Source: Candidatus Aphodovivens excrementavium (GTDB lineage Bacteria; Actinomycetota; Coriobacteriia; Coriobacteriales; Eggerthellaceae). From it: a stretch of 64,000 nt of DNA. Location of the stretch: NCBI GenBank assembly GCA_018715935.1, contig DVKR01000017.1, positions 4,125 to 68,124 on the forward strand, written 5' to 3'. The notes below the pieces were generated by a model, which ran no database searches, was not told the DNA's origin, and saw only the letters and a program-made list of their open reading frames with translations. Position 1 is the stretch's first letter; each line of letters starts with the position of its first letter. The position numbers and the translations under genes are program-made. Positions 54,900 to 64,000 of this stretch are shown here, in pieces.

Positions 54900-56039
54900 A
54901 TGCAGTATCGCAAACTGGGCAACACGGGTCTTAAAGTCAGCGAGATCGGCTTTGGCGGCGAATGGATGGACAAGTCGCTGGAAGAGACGCGCGCGGTGGT
55001 GGATGCGTGCGAGGCGGCGGGCATCAACATCCTGGACTGCTGGATGGCCGATCCTACGCGCCGCTCCAATCTGGGCGACGCGCTCGAAGGCCGTCGCGAC
55101 AAGTGGATCATCCAGGGGCACATCGGCTCGACCTGGCAGGACGGTCAGTACGTGCGCACGCGCGATATGGATCAGGTGAAGCCGGCATTCAAAGACCTGC
55201 TTAAGCGCTTCCATACCGACTATATGGATATCGGCATGATCCACTTCGTCGACAAGACGGACGAATATCACCAGATCATGGACGGGCCGTTTATGGAGTA
55301 TGTGCGCGCGCTGCTGGCGGCGGGCACCATTCGCCACATCGGTCTTTCGACGCACAATCCCGACGTTGCCAAGCTGGCAGCTGCCGAGCCCGCCATCGAG
55401 GTGGTCATGTTCAGCCTGAACCCCGCGTTCGACATGCTGCCGGCAAGCGACGACATCAACGACCTGTTCGGGGACTACAGCGCTGCCACCGGCGGCATCA
55501 ACGCCGACAGAGCCGAGCTCTACGCGCTGTGCGAGCAGACGGGCACCGGGCTCACCGTGATGAAGCCGTATGCGGGCGGGCGTCTGCTTGCGGCGGACAC
55601 GTCGCCGTTCGGGGTGGCGCTGACCGCGGCGCAGTGCATCCACTACGCGCTGACGCGGCCCGCCGTCGCCAGCGTGATGGCGGGCTTCTCGTCGTCCGAG
55701 CACGTTGCCGACGCCGTCTCCTACGAGGAAGCCACGCCCGATGAGCGCGACTACGCCAGCGTGTTGGCAGGCGCGCCGAGCCATGCGTACTTCGGGCAGT
55801 GCACCTACTGCGGTCACTGCGCGCCCTGCGCGGTGGGTATCGACATCGCCACCGTCAACAAGTACTACGATCTGGCCGTCATGCAGGACGCGGTGCCCGA
55901 CTCGCTGCGCGAGCACTACCGCGCGCTGGACGTGACGGCGGCAGACTGCACCGCCTGCCGCGCGTGCGAGGAGCGCTGCCCCTTCGGCGTGAAGATCGCC
56001 GACAAGATGGAGCGCGCCGCCGCGCTGTTCGGCTGCTAG
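54900..56039 (+). CDS. Aldo/keto reductase fused to a C-terminal 2x[4Fe-4S]-type ferredoxin motif region
   Basis: MQYRKLGNTGLKVSEIGFGGEWM..., an AKR barrel, then CTYCGHCAPCAVGIDI and CTACRACEERCPFGV. Confidence 0.85.
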   Translation: MQYRKLGNTGLKVSEIGFGGEWMDKSLEETRAVVDACEAAGINILDCWMADPTRRSNLGDALEGRRDKWIIQGHIGSTWQDGQYVRTRDMDQVKPAFKDLLKRFHTDYMDIGMIHFVDKTDEYHQIMDGPFMEYVRALLAAGTIRHIGLSTHNPDVAKLAAAEPAIEVVMFSLNPAFDMLPASDDINDLFGDYSAATGGINADRAELYALCEQTGTGLTVMKPYAGGRLLAADTSPFGVALTAAQCIHYALTRPAVASVMAGFSSSEHVADAVSYEEATPDERDYASVLAGAPSHAYFGQCTYCGHCAPCAVGIDIATVNKYYDLAVMQDAVPDSLREHYRALDVTAADCTACRACEERCPFGVKIADKMERAAALFGC

Positions 56040-56115
56040 CGTCGGTTGCATAGAGCGTTTGCGGCACGTATACTGTGTTTGTTGCATTAGCTAAGTCTGA
56101 CCAAGGGAGTGGCTT

Positions 56116-56358
56116 ATGGTGCAGGCGAACATGCTCGAAGCAAAAACTGAGCTCTCAAAGCTCGTAAAGATGCTCGAATCTGGCCAGGAGGACGTGGTCT
56201 ACATCGCACGCAACAACGTGCCGATCGTCCAGATGACGCTTGTCGATCTTCCGAAAGAGACGAAACGGATCGGCGTTGCCAAAGGGCGGTTCTCCCTTCC
56301 GGACGACTTCGACGCTTGGGATGACGAGGTCGAAGACATGTTCGAGGCGCTGGCATGA
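56116..56358 (+). CDS. Phd/YefM-family antitoxin
   Basis: MVQANMLEAKTELSKLVKMLESGQEDVVYIARNNVPIVQMTLV, with an acidic C-terminus. 4-nt overlap with the downstream PIN gene. Confidence 0.8.
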   Translation: MVQANMLEAKTELSKLVKMLESGQEDVVYIARNNVPIVQMTLVDLPKETKRIGVAKGRFSLPDDFDAWDDEVEDMFEALA

Positions 56359-56759
56359 ACCTCCTTCTCGACACGCACATTTTGCTGTGGGCGATTCTCG
56401 ATGATTCTCGTCTTTCGAAGACGGCGCGCAGGCTCATCGAAGATGCGGGAAACAAAGTGTATTTCAGCGTGATAAGCCCCTGGGAAGTGCAGATCAAACA
56501 CCAACTGCATCCCGACGACCTGACGCTCGACGGCGAGCAGCTTGCGGCTTTCTGCAAAGAGGCGGGGTATCTCGCTCTTCCGCTCAAGCTTCCTCACATC
56601 TGCAAGCTCGCTTCTCTCGAGCGAACCCCCGGAGCGCCCGACCATCGGGACCCTTTCGACCGCATGCTCGTATGCCAGGCTTCTGTTGAGGAAATGATCC
56701 TGCTTACGCACGACAAGCGCATCGGCGAGTACACAGACCCCTGCGTGCTGATGGTGTGA
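56355..56759 (+). CDS. vapC: PIN-domain toxin (VapC-like)
   Basis: MNLLLDTHILLWAILDDSRLS..AR..I.D..N.VYFSVISPWEVQIK..L........................LP....H...L..L......HRDPFDRMLVCQA..E.M.LLTHD. Confidence 0.85.
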   Translation: MNLLLDTHILLWAILDDSRLSKTARRLIEDAGNKVYFSVISPWEVQIKHQLHPDDLTLDGEQLAAFCKEAGYLALPLKLPHICKLASLERTPGAPDHRDPFDRMLVCQASVEEMILLTHDKRIGEYTDPCVLMV

Positions 56760-56866
56760 GTCCGCCGCCAAAACGAGGGTAGCTGAATCTCGCTCCGCCA
56801 CAACGGCGAAGAGTTCCGTATTCTACGCAGGCTGTGAGTTGCAGAATACCTCGTCGTATTGATCAA

Positions 56867-56913
56867 GGGAAAACGCACGGGGAGCCGTCCGCGGCAGGAG
56901 GGCGGTTCCCCGT
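56867..56913 (-). terminator. Intrinsic terminator of the flavin reductase gene
   Basis: The cacggggagccg / cggttccccgtg stem (56876-87/56902-13). On the minus strand it is followed by CGUUUUCCC. Confidence 0.65.
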
Positions 56914-56947
56914 GTGGACTGAGGCACTTTTGCTGTTGCCGTGACCG

Positions 56948-57508
56948 CTACATCAGCGCTTTGCCGGCGTCCCAGGCGCCGCCGACGACGTCGCCTACCA
57001 CGCGGTAGATGCGACGAGTGGAATCGTAGACGATGGGCTGGAACTTGGCGAAGTCGACGCGACCTTCCTCATCGAGGATCTCCCCATCGACGCGGGTGTT
57101 CACGATCTCGCCGATAAAGCGTTTCTCGCCGTCCCAATCCTGCACGGCGACTACCTTGCACTCCATCGTAAGCGGAAACTCCTCGATCACCGGCGCGTCA
57201 ACGTGCTCTGATTTGACGAACGTGAGCTTGGACGCATCCGCCTTGTTCACCTTGCGACCTGTGGCGATGCCGAAATAATCCGCTTCAACCACATGCGCCG
57301 CATCGGCAGGAGCCACGGTAAAGGCACCTTTGGCAAGGATGTTGTCGGTGGTCTGATGGTCGCCGATGTTGATGGCGATCTGGTTGCGCGTGCACTCGCC
57401 GCCCCATGCTACGTTCATGGCGTTGGGCGTGCCGTCCTCGCGGTAGCTTCCCACAATGAACACCGACTGCGGGAATAATTCGCCTTTGCTTCCAAGGTCC
57501 TTTTTCAT
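56948..57508 (-). CDS. Flavin reductase-like FMN-binding (split-barrel) protein
   Basis: FIVGSYREDGTPNAMNVAWGGECTRNQIAINIG.HQT..N is typical of the flavin reductase domain. Confidence 0.8.
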   Translation of the reverse strand: MKKDLGSKGELFPQSVFIVGSYREDGTPNAMNVAWGGECTRNQIAINIGDHQTTDNILAKGAFTVAPADAAHVVEADYFGIATGRKVNKADASKLTFVKSEHVDAPVIEEFPLTMECKVVAVQDWDGEKRFIGEIVNTRVDGEILDEEGRVDFAKFQPIVYDSTRRIYRVVGDVVGGAWDAGKALM

Positions 57509-57596
57509 TGCGCATCCTTTCTCGAATCTCGCAAACTGCTTGCCTTGAAGTATGCTATCTTGCCAAAGGAAGCACCAGTACTGGTTTAAAAGTCAG

Positions 57597-57618
57597 GTAC
57601 TTACTAAAAAGTAAGTAC
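57597..57618. promoter_or_regulatory. Perfect inverted repeat GTACTTACT-AAAA-AGTAAGTAC, probable HxlR-type operator
   Basis: Read directly in the divergent spacer between the flavin reductase gene and the HxlR gene. A second 10-bp palindrome, CCAGTACTGG, lies at 57575-57584. Confidence 0.55.
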
Positions 57619-57670
57619 AATGAATGCGCATGTAAAAACGGGTTTCTGCAGGGGTAGGGGAGGAGCAGTC

Positions 57671-58012
57671 ATGACGGCATCGAAGCGCATCGAGGATGCG
57701 ACGTTTGAGGGGACGGGCTACAGCTACACGATGTCGCTCATCCAAGGTAAGCACAAGATGGTGATCCTGTACTGCCTGATGGAGTTTCAGCCTGTGCGGT
57801 TCAACGAGATGCGACGGTATCTGGGCGGGATCGCCGACAAGACGCTGTCCGCCAACCTCAAAGAGCTCGAGCGCGACGGGCTTGTCGTGCGCAAGGAGTA
57901 TCCCCAGGTTCCACCCAAGGTGGAGTATTCGCTCACCGATCTGGGCGAATCGCTGATGGGCGTGCTGGACCAGCTGTGCCTATGGGGGCAAGAGCATATG
58001 TCGCGCGACTGA
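57671..58012 (+). CDS. HxlR family transcriptional regulator
   Basis: The ATG at 57671 follows GGGAGGAG. LIQGKHKMVILYCLMEFQPVRFNEMRRYLGGIADKTLSANLKELERDGLVVRKEYPQVPPKVEYSLTDLG. Confidence 0.9.
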   Translation: MTASKRIEDATFEGTGYSYTMSLIQGKHKMVILYCLMEFQPVRFNEMRRYLGGIADKTLSANLKELERDGLVVRKEYPQVPPKVEYSLTDLGESLMGVLDQLCLWGQEHMSRD

Positions 58013-58227
58013 TTCACTCTTTCCAGCATCGCTTCTTGTCGGGCGATCTTGCCGTTTCGCTATGCATTCCGTGCATGCTGGGATGGCGGGAAAGCATAAT
58101 TCGGCGCGCTGTTTCCGGACTACACTGAAGGTGTTGCAAAACAGTCGCAAGCCGCGCGTCGCGTAAGGTTGTCCGATCCGTATGAGGCTTGCGACGGAGA
58201 CCGCGCATCGAGAGATGGGAGCATCGC

Positions 58228-59076
58228 ATGGAATATTTAGAGCTAAACAACGGCGTAAAGATGCCCGTAGAGGGTCTGGGTACGTTTCTGATGAGCCCGG
58301 CCGATGCCGAGGCGGCGTCTCTGGCGGCGCTTGAGGCGGGCTACGAGCACATCGACACGGCGAACGCCTACATGAACGAGAAGGCTGTGGGCCGAGCGAT
58401 CGCGAAAAGCGGAATCGCCCGCGACAAGATCTTCGTGTCTACCAAGCTGTGGCCGAGCGTATACGAAGCAGGAGACGCGGCGGTAGACGCCACACTGGCG
58501 CGTTTGGGGCTGGACTACGTCGACATGCTGATTCTGCATCAGCCCGTGGGCAACTACCTTGCCGCGTGGAAGACGATGGAGCGCGCCTACAAGGCGGGCA
58601 AGGTGAAGGCGCTCGGTCTGTCCAACTTCCCCCAGGACAAGATCGCCGAGGTCATTGAGGCCGCCGAGATCAAGCCGCAGCTGGTGACCGTGGAATGCCA
58701 TCCCTACTTCGCGCAGGATGAGCTGCGTGCGTACCTGAAGCCCTACGGCATCGTCATCGAGGCGTGGTATCCGCTCGGACACGGCGACGCAGGTCTGATG
58801 GGCGAGCCGGTGTTCGCAAAGCTGGCGGAGAAGTACGGCAAGACCCCGGCTCAGATCATCCTACGTTGGCATACCCAAATGGGCTTCTCCATCATCCCCG
58901 GCTCCAAGAACCCCGATCACATCAAGGGCAACGCCGCCATCTTCGACTTCAGCCTGACCGACGACGAGATGGCTGAGATCGCCAAGCTTGACGGCACAAA
59001 GCGCTACTACACCGCCACTGAGGAAGCGCTTGCGGGCTATCTGGCGATCAAGCCCGACTTTGACGCGCAGGAGTAG
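58228..59076 (+). CDS. Aldo/keto reductase (2,5-diketo-D-gluconate reductase-like)
   Basis: MEYLELNNGVKMPVEGLGTF......A..A...AL.AGY.HIDTA..Y.NE..VG.AI, LHQP, GLSNF, IPGS. Confidence 0.9.
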   Translation: MEYLELNNGVKMPVEGLGTFLMSPADAEAASLAALEAGYEHIDTANAYMNEKAVGRAIAKSGIARDKIFVSTKLWPSVYEAGDAAVDATLARLGLDYVDMLILHQPVGNYLAAWKTMERAYKAGKVKALGLSNFPQDKIAEVIEAAEIKPQLVTVECHPYFAQDELRAYLKPYGIVIEAWYPLGHGDAGLMGEPVFAKLAEKYGKTPAQIILRWHTQMGFSIIPGSKNPDHIKGNAAIFDFSLTDDEMAEIAKLDGTKRYYTATEEALAGYLAIKPDFDAQE

Positions 59077-59096
59077 TAGAGAGGCGGTCTTGCGTC

Positions 59097-59741
59097 TTAC
59101 GGGCGAAGGTAGTATTCCAGGCACATCGTGATGAAGTCGCGCATCTCTTCTTTGAAATCGGGGATGCACGGGGTCAGTCCGGCTATCTCCATCGCCTGTG
59201 CGACCAAGGGGTTTTCTGTGCACCAGCCGTTCACGCTGACGGCATGGAACAGCACGGAGTTGAACAGCTGGTCGGCACGATGGGGCATAATGCCCAGGTT
59301 TGTTTTAAAGCGCTCGATCAGCTGGCTCTGGTCGCGGTAGTAGTCTCGCTTGAATTCGGCAAGCCTTTCAGCGCTCACGTTCGTCTCGATGATGGTGAAC
59401 AGAAGGTCGCTGTAGGCCAAATAATCGCGGTGGCTGCTCAGCTGTTCTGCCCAGACCTGCGCGAGCACGTCAAGCGAATATGAACAACCCTCGGGATACG
59501 CCGACAGAAGCGACGCCATGTAGGCGGCTCGCGTGTCGGCGCACAATTCGAGGAAGATCTCTTCTTTTGTGCCCACGTACTTGTAGAGGGCGGCATGCGA
59601 CCAGCCAAGACGTTCCGAAATGCTTTTGAGCGTGATTTCGTGGTAGCGCTTCTCGCGGAACAGGTCGGCGGCGGCGCTTTTGATCTCGTCCATGCGCTGC
59701 TCTTTTTGCGCTTCGCTTCGCGCCCTGATGAATTGGGACAT
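59097..59741 (-). CDS. TetR/AcrR family transcriptional regulator
   Basis: RMDEIKSAAADLFREKRYHEITLKSISERLGWSHAALYKYVGTKEEIFLEL. Confidence 0.9.
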   Translation of the reverse strand: MSQFIRARSEAQKEQRMDEIKSAAADLFREKRYHEITLKSISERLGWSHAALYKYVGTKEEIFLELCADTRAAYMASLLSAYPEGCSYSLDVLAQVWAEQLSSHRDYLAYSDLLFTIIETNVSAERLAEFKRDYYRDQSQLIERFKTNLGIMPHRADQLFNSVLFHAVSVNGWCTENPLVAQAMEIAGLTPCIPDFKEEMRDFITMCLEYYLRP

Positions 59742-59851
59742 CGTAATCTCCCCCCTGTGCAGGTGTGCTCTCGTCGTTAGAGTTTAGTTCAGTATATCCC
59801 ATATATCTAATATTGTCTTAAAAAGTATTTTATAACGAAAACACTTTACAA

Positions 59852-59866
59852 GTTACAACATGTAAC
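59852..59866. promoter_or_regulatory. Palindrome GTTACA-ACA-TGTAAC, candidate TetR operator
   Basis: Read directly in the AT-rich divergent spacer between the TetR gene and the DUF362 gene. Confidence 0.45.
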
Positions 59867-59962
59867 GTATATTTGGACACGGCAATGTAGAAGAGCGGCC
59901 GAGGCTCTGTTTTGTGAAGCAGGTGGCGGGCGATGCGCGGCATGCTAATAAGGGGGTATCGT

Positions 59963-61027
59963 ATGCATAAAACCGACTTTACAAGTGATCCTGTCGACAG
60001 GCGCAAGTTCATTGCCGGTGCGGCGGTTGTTGCCGCGGCGCTTACGTCGTGCGCTCCGGCGAACCAGGGAGCTGCGGCCGGCAGCTCTTCCAACGGCGCC
60101 GATCAATCGGATGGTGCGGTTGCCGATGAGCCTTCCGCCTCGGCAGTTGCAGATTCCGCTCAGGAATCCTCTACCGTGTACGTGACGCGAGACATCAGCC
60201 CTGATGGCCTGCAGCGCGCGTTCGACGCACTGGGCGTTGCGCCTCACGGCAATGCGGCGGTTAAACTTTCCACCGGCGAGCCGGGCGGGCACAACTTTCT
60301 CTCACCCGATCTGATTGGCGGGTTGGTGCAGGGACTTGGCGCCACGATCGTTGAGTGCAATACCGCCTACGGCGGCGCGCGCAGCACGACCGAGGGCAAT
60401 CTGCAGGCCGCGCGCGACCACGGGTTCGCCGACATCGCCGACGTAGACATCATGGACGCGGACGGGTCTGCGAGCCTGCCGGTTTCGGGCGGATCGCATC
60501 TAACGGAGGATCTGGTTGGGTCGCACTTCGAGAACTACGACTGGATGCTGTCGCTCGCGCACTTCAAGGGACATGCGATGGGCGGGTTCGGCGGCGCCAT
60601 CAAGAACTGCTCCATCGGCATCGCTTCGCGCGAGGGCAAGATGCTCATCCACAGCGCCGGCGCCTCGACCTCGAGCTGGGGCAGCCCTGCGCAGGACGAC
60701 TTCCTGGAGTCGATGGCCGAGGCCGCAAAGGCCGTCGCCGACCGGCTTGGCGATAACATCTGCTACGTAAACGTGATGAACAACCTGTCGGTCGACTGCG
60801 ACTGCGACTCGCATCCTGCCGATCCCCAGATGGCGGACATCGGCATCTTAGCTTCGACCGACCCCGTGGCGCTCGACCGCGCGTGCGTCGATCTGGTATA
60901 CGCGGCTCCCGACGGATCGGCGCTGATCGAGCGCATGGAAAGCCGCAACGGCGCCCACACGCTCGAGCACGCAGAGGCAATCGGGCTGGGAAGCCAGACC
61001 TACGAGCTGGTGGATCTGGATGCGTAG
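59963..61027 (+). CDS. DUF362 domain protein with a Tat signal and lipobox
   Basis: The ATG at 59963 follows AAGGGGG. DRRKFIAGAAVVAAALTSC combines a twin-arginine motif with an LTSC lipobox. The DUF362-like core reads AVKLSTGEPGGHNFLSP..., HFKGHAMGGFGGAIKNCSIG, DCDCDSHP. Confidence 0.7.
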   Translation: MHKTDFTSDPVDRRKFIAGAAVVAAALTSCAPANQGAAAGSSSNGADQSDGAVADEPSASAVADSAQESSTVYVTRDISPDGLQRAFDALGVAPHGNAAVKLSTGEPGGHNFLSPDLIGGLVQGLGATIVECNTAYGGARSTTEGNLQAARDHGFADIADVDIMDADGSASLPVSGGSHLTEDLVGSHFENYDWMLSLAHFKGHAMGGFGGAIKNCSIGIASREGKMLIHSAGASTSSWGSPAQDDFLESMAEAAKAVADRLGDNICYVNVMNNLSVDCDCDSHPADPQMADIGILASTDPVALDRACVDLVYAAPDGSALIERMESRNGAHTLEHAEAIGLGSQTYELVDLDA

Positions 61028-61049
61028 GGCATCTAGGAAGGGGACAATC

Positions 61050-61583
61050 ATGAATATCGTCATATTGCAGGGTAGTCCCAACGTCAACGGATCCACCGCG
61101 ATCCTTGTGGAGGAGTTCGCGCGCGGGGCGCGGCAGGCGGGGCACAGCGTGGAGCGCTTCGACGTGGACAGGATGAACATCGCGCCGTGCACGGGCTGCG
61201 TGCGCTGCGGCTACGAAGGGCCGTGCGTCCAGCACGACGACATGGACGCTATCCGCTCCGCGCTGCTTGCGGCGGACATGGTGGTGTTCGCCACGCCGCT
61301 GTACTACTACGGGATGAGCGCCCAGCTCAAGATCGTGGTGGATCGGTTCTGCTCGGCCAACGCCAGCATCACCGGGCGTCGCCTGAAAAGCGCGCTGCTC
61401 ACCGTGGCGTGGAACGCCGATGATTGGACGTTCGAGGCGCTGGTCGCCCACTACAAGACGCTTGTGCGCTATCTGCACCTGCAGGACTGCGGCATGGTGC
61501 TTGGCTACGGGTGCGGCACGCCCGGCATGACGCGCCGCACCAAAAGCCCGCAAGCTGCCTACGACCTGGACGCGTCGCTGTAG
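61050..61583 (+). CDS. Flavodoxin-like NAD(P)H-dependent FMN reductase family protein
   Basis: MNIVILQGSPNVNGSTAILVEEF......G..VERFDV....I.PCTGC..C........C....DM........L..AD.VVFATPLYYYGMSAQLK...DRF. It is a paralog of the N-terminal domain of 15977-16957. Confidence 0.8.
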   Translation: MNIVILQGSPNVNGSTAILVEEFARGARQAGHSVERFDVDRMNIAPCTGCVRCGYEGPCVQHDDMDAIRSALLAADMVVFATPLYYYGMSAQLKIVVDRFCSANASITGRRLKSALLTVAWNADDWTFEALVAHYKTLVRYLHLQDCGMVLGYGCGTPGMTRRTKSPQAAYDLDASL

Positions 61584-61605
61584 ATTCGAGGGAAAAGGAG
61601 CAAGC

Positions 61606-62634
61606 ATGACCGACATGGAATACACGAAGTTGGGGCATTCCGGCATCGAGGTGTCGCGCATCTGCCTGGGCGGGATGAGCTTCGGAGAGGCGTCGCCTAA
61701 GTTCCACCAGTGGACGCTGGGACCCGACGACACGCAGGCGGTGATCAAGCGCGCGCTTGACCGAGGGGTCAACTTCATCGACACCGCGAACACCTACGCG
61801 TTCGGCACGAGCGAGGCCTACATCGGCCGCGCGCTCAAGAACCTCGGCGTGCGCCGCGAGGACGTGGTGCTGGCGAGCAAGGTGTTCTTCAACGAGGGAC
61901 GGCTGTCGCGCGAGGCCATTTTGCGCGAGATAGACGGCACGCTTGAGCGTTTGGGCACCGACTACCTGGACCTCTACATCATCCACCGGTTCGATTACGG
62001 AACGCCCATCGAAGAGACGATGGAGGCGCTCGACGGCTTGGTACGTGCGGGCAAGGTGCGCGCGATCGGCGCAAGCGAGATGTACGCCTACCAGCTCCAC
62101 AACATGCAGGTGGCGGCCGAACGCAACGGCTGGACGAAGTTCACCAGCATGCAGTGCCATCACAACCTGCTTTATCGTGAGAACGAGCGCGAGATGATCC
62201 CCGTATGCCGCCAGTTCGACATGGCGATCACGCCCTACAGCCCGCTGGCGTCGGGGCATCTGTGCCGTCGCGAGTGGACGTGGGACTCCAAACGCAGCGA
62301 GACCGATGCGGTCGTGCGCAACAAGTACGACCTTGCTCGCGCGCAGGACGAGCCCATCATCGAGCGCGTCGCCGAGCTGGCCGAGCGGCGCGAGGTGCCC
62401 ATGGCGCACATCGCGCTGGCATGGCTGTGGGCGCGCGGGATCGAGTCGCCGCTGGTGGGGTGCTCCAGGCCCTCGCGCGTGGACGACGCCGTGGCGGCGC
62501 TCGACATCAAGCTCGACCAGGAGGAAATCGACTACCTGGAAGAGCCCTACACGGCCCACGAGCTAGTGGGTCCGCTCGGCCGTCCAGGCGAGAAGCCTCT
62601 GGCAGGCACTACTGACCCCAACGCGAAGAAGTAG
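61606..62634 (+). CDS. Aldo/keto reductase
   Basis: MEYTKLGHSGIEVSRICLGGMSFG, NFIDTANTY..G.SE..IG.AL, DLYIIHR.D, GASEM. Confidence 0.9.
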   Translation: MTDMEYTKLGHSGIEVSRICLGGMSFGEASPKFHQWTLGPDDTQAVIKRALDRGVNFIDTANTYAFGTSEAYIGRALKNLGVRREDVVLASKVFFNEGRLSREAILREIDGTLERLGTDYLDLYIIHRFDYGTPIEETMEALDGLVRAGKVRAIGASEMYAYQLHNMQVAAERNGWTKFTSMQCHHNLLYRENEREMIPVCRQFDMAITPYSPLASGHLCRREWTWDSKRSETDAVVRNKYDLARAQDEPIIERVAELAERREVPMAHIALAWLWARGIESPLVGCSRPSRVDDAVAALDIKLDQEEIDYLEEPYTAHELVGPLGRPGEKPLAGTTDPNAKK

Positions 62635-62756
62635 CGGGCACTGAGTGAGGGAGGTGCGCACGCTGCGCGGCCCCTTGATCTTGAGTTGGCTCCAGGTAGT
62701 AAGCTACCAAGGAAGCTGTTTGGATAGCGTAATGATTCAACACAAGGAGGAGCAAA

Positions 62757-63176
62757 ATGGCAGAAACCGATTTCGCGCCGATGTTCGGCAAGGGCAACCC
62801 TAACGACGCGTTCGCACAGTATTTCGTCGGCAACTCGTATCTCAACCCGCTGACCAACCCTGCCGAAGCGGGTGTGGGCTTGGCCAACGTCACGTTCGAG
62901 CCGGGTTGCCGCAACAACTGGCACATTCACCACGCCGACAAGGGCGGCGGCCAGATTCTCATCTGCACCGACGGGCGCGGGTGGTATCAGGAATGGGGCA
63001 AGGAGCCGCAAGCGCTTACGCCGGGCACCGTTGTGGTGATCCCCGCCGGCGTGAAGCACTGGCACGGCGCGGCTGCCGACAGCTGGTTCAGCCACATCGC
63101 CTTTGAGGCGCCGGGCGAGAACTGCTCAAACGAATGGCTCGAGCCTGTGGACGACGAGCAGTATCCGCAGCGATAG
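62757..63176 (+). CDS. Cupin domain protein
   Basis: NVTFEPGCRNNWHIHHADKGGGQILICTDGRGWYQEWGKEPQALTPGTVVVIPAGVKHWHGA, with the two cupin His motifs. Confidence 0.85.
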   Translation: MAETDFAPMFGKGNPNDAFAQYFVGNSYLNPLTNPAEAGVGLANVTFEPGCRNNWHIHHADKGGGQILICTDGRGWYQEWGKEPQALTPGTVVVIPAGVKHWHGAAADSWFSHIAFEAPGENCSNEWLEPVDDEQYPQR

Positions 63177-63192
63177 CGGCCGAGAGCCGAAG

Positions 63193-64000
63193 CTAGCGCA
63201 TTTCGTTTAGTCGACCGATGCGCCGCACGGCTTCCTCTAGCAGTTGGTCGGGGGTGGTGAGCGAGATACGGATGTATCCCTCGCCGCCCTCGCCGTATCC
63301 CGAGCCGGGCGTGACAATCACCTGGGCGCGCTCAAGCAGCTCGGTGGCGAACGATTCCGAGGTGTACCCGGCGGGCACCTTCACCCAAATATAGATGGTC
63401 GCCTTGGGCGCGGTGCAGTCCATGCCGATAGCGCGAAACGCGTTCACCACAAGGTCGCGCCGCTTCGCATAGAGCTCGCACATCTCCTCGACGCAGTCTT
63501 GCGATCCGTCAAGTGCGGCGATGGCTGCCTGCTGGATGGCGGTGAACTGGCCTGAATCGAGGTTGTTCTTCACCGTTCCCAGCGCTTGCACGGCCTGCTC
63601 GTTGCCGCAGGCGAATCCGATGCGCCATCCGGTCATGTTATAGCTTTTCGACAGGCTGAAAAACTCGATGCAGCATTCTTTGGCGCGGGGTCTCTCAAGA
63701 ATGGAGGGCGCGCGATAGCCGTCAAAGCATATGTCGCAGTAGGCGTTGTCGTGGGCGAGCAGCAAATCGTGCTCAAGGCAGAAGGCAATAGCTTTGTCGA
63801 AGTACTCCTCGGTTGCCACGGCGCCGGTGGGGTTGTTGGGATAGTTGAGGAACAGGATCTTCGCCTTTTCGAGGACCGATTCCGGAACTGCGGTGAAATC
63901 GGCCAAGAAGCCGTCTTCTTCGCGCATGGGCATCGCGTAGGTGTTCGCGCTTACGAGAGTTGCGCCGCTGGAATAGACCGGGTATCCGATTGAGGGAGCC
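63193..64000 (-). CDS. Class I/II pyridoxal-phosphate aminotransferase (LL-diaminopimelate/aspartate aminotransferase-like), 5' end outside window
   Basis: NYPNNPTGAVATEEYFDKAIAFCLEHDLLLAHDNAYCDICFDG, FFSLSKSYNMTGWRIGFACGN (PLP lysine). The frame stays open upstream of the listed Met to the window edge (..PSIGYPVYSSGATLVSANTYAMPM..). Confidence 0.85.
   Translation of the reverse strand, partial: APSIGYPVYSSGATLVSANTYAMPMREEDGFLADFTAVPESVLEKAKILFLNYPNNPTGAVATEEYFDKAIAFCLEHDLLLAHDNAYCDICFDGYRAPSILERPRAKECCIEFFSLSKSYNMTGWRIGFACGNEQAVQALGTVKNNLDSGQFTAIQQAAIAALDGSQDCVEEMCELYAKRRDLVVNAFRAIGMDCTAPKATIYIWVKVPAGYTSESFATELLERAQVIVTPGSGYGEGGEGYIRISLTTPDQLLEEAVRRIGRLNEMR

Noticed and set aside
1-64000. 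Search for transposases, integrases, phage genes, restriction-modification or other dedicated defence systems.
   Set aside because: No ORF in any frame shows DDE, tyrosine or serine recombinase motifs, or phage, methyltransferase or endonuclease motifs. The only accessory modules recognised are the four TA pairs.

Overview
GC-rich chromosomal segment, judged by eye: almost every real gene has a long shadow ORF on its antisense strand. It is mostly core housekeeping genome of a Gram-positive actinobacterium. The gene order alaS-ruvX-mltG-(yqeG)-aroE-(queD)-aroC-aroK-aroB-aroQ-pepP-efp, together with veg and yqeG, suggests Coriobacteriia; that lineage call is inference only. Recognisable genes: a uvrA-family ATPase (5' end off-window), rsmI, metG, tatD (interrupted), rsmA, veg, tRNA-Ala(CGC), an acyl-ACP thioesterase, galU, a GGDEF cyclase, mscS, a PhoPR-like two-component pair, rarA, alaS, ruvX, mltG, the shikimate operon, efp, a Wzx/MurJ-type flippase, leuS, truA and queG. 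A regulator-rich oxidoreductase island follows at 54.9-63.2 kb: three aldo/keto reductases, a flavin reductase, a flavodoxin-like protein, a Tat-lipoprotein DUF362 and a cupin, under HxlR and TetR. Four type II toxin-antitoxin modules are scattered through this core. No transposase, integrase, CRISPR array, cas gene or prophage gene is visible. No multi-gene novel system is evident. The observations most worth follow-up are small: (1) an orphan structured RNA between the sensor kinase and rarA, with sequence blocks that resemble the ykkC riboswitch family; (2) a minus-strand sRNA candidate carrying three UCCCCUC anti-Shine-Dalgarno motifs and a strong terminator; (3) an in-frame TGA splitting tatD in a G-C-[TGA]-G context, followed by a GC hairpin; (4) a 41-codon ORF consisting only of an LAxTG sortase sorting signal, coupled to rsmI; (5) 47-bp hairpin-forming direct repeats bracketing a vapBC cassette next to metG; (6) a degenerate 31-34 bp tandem array at the synteny break after efp. 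All functional calls rest on motif recognition in the supplied translations. No database search was run.
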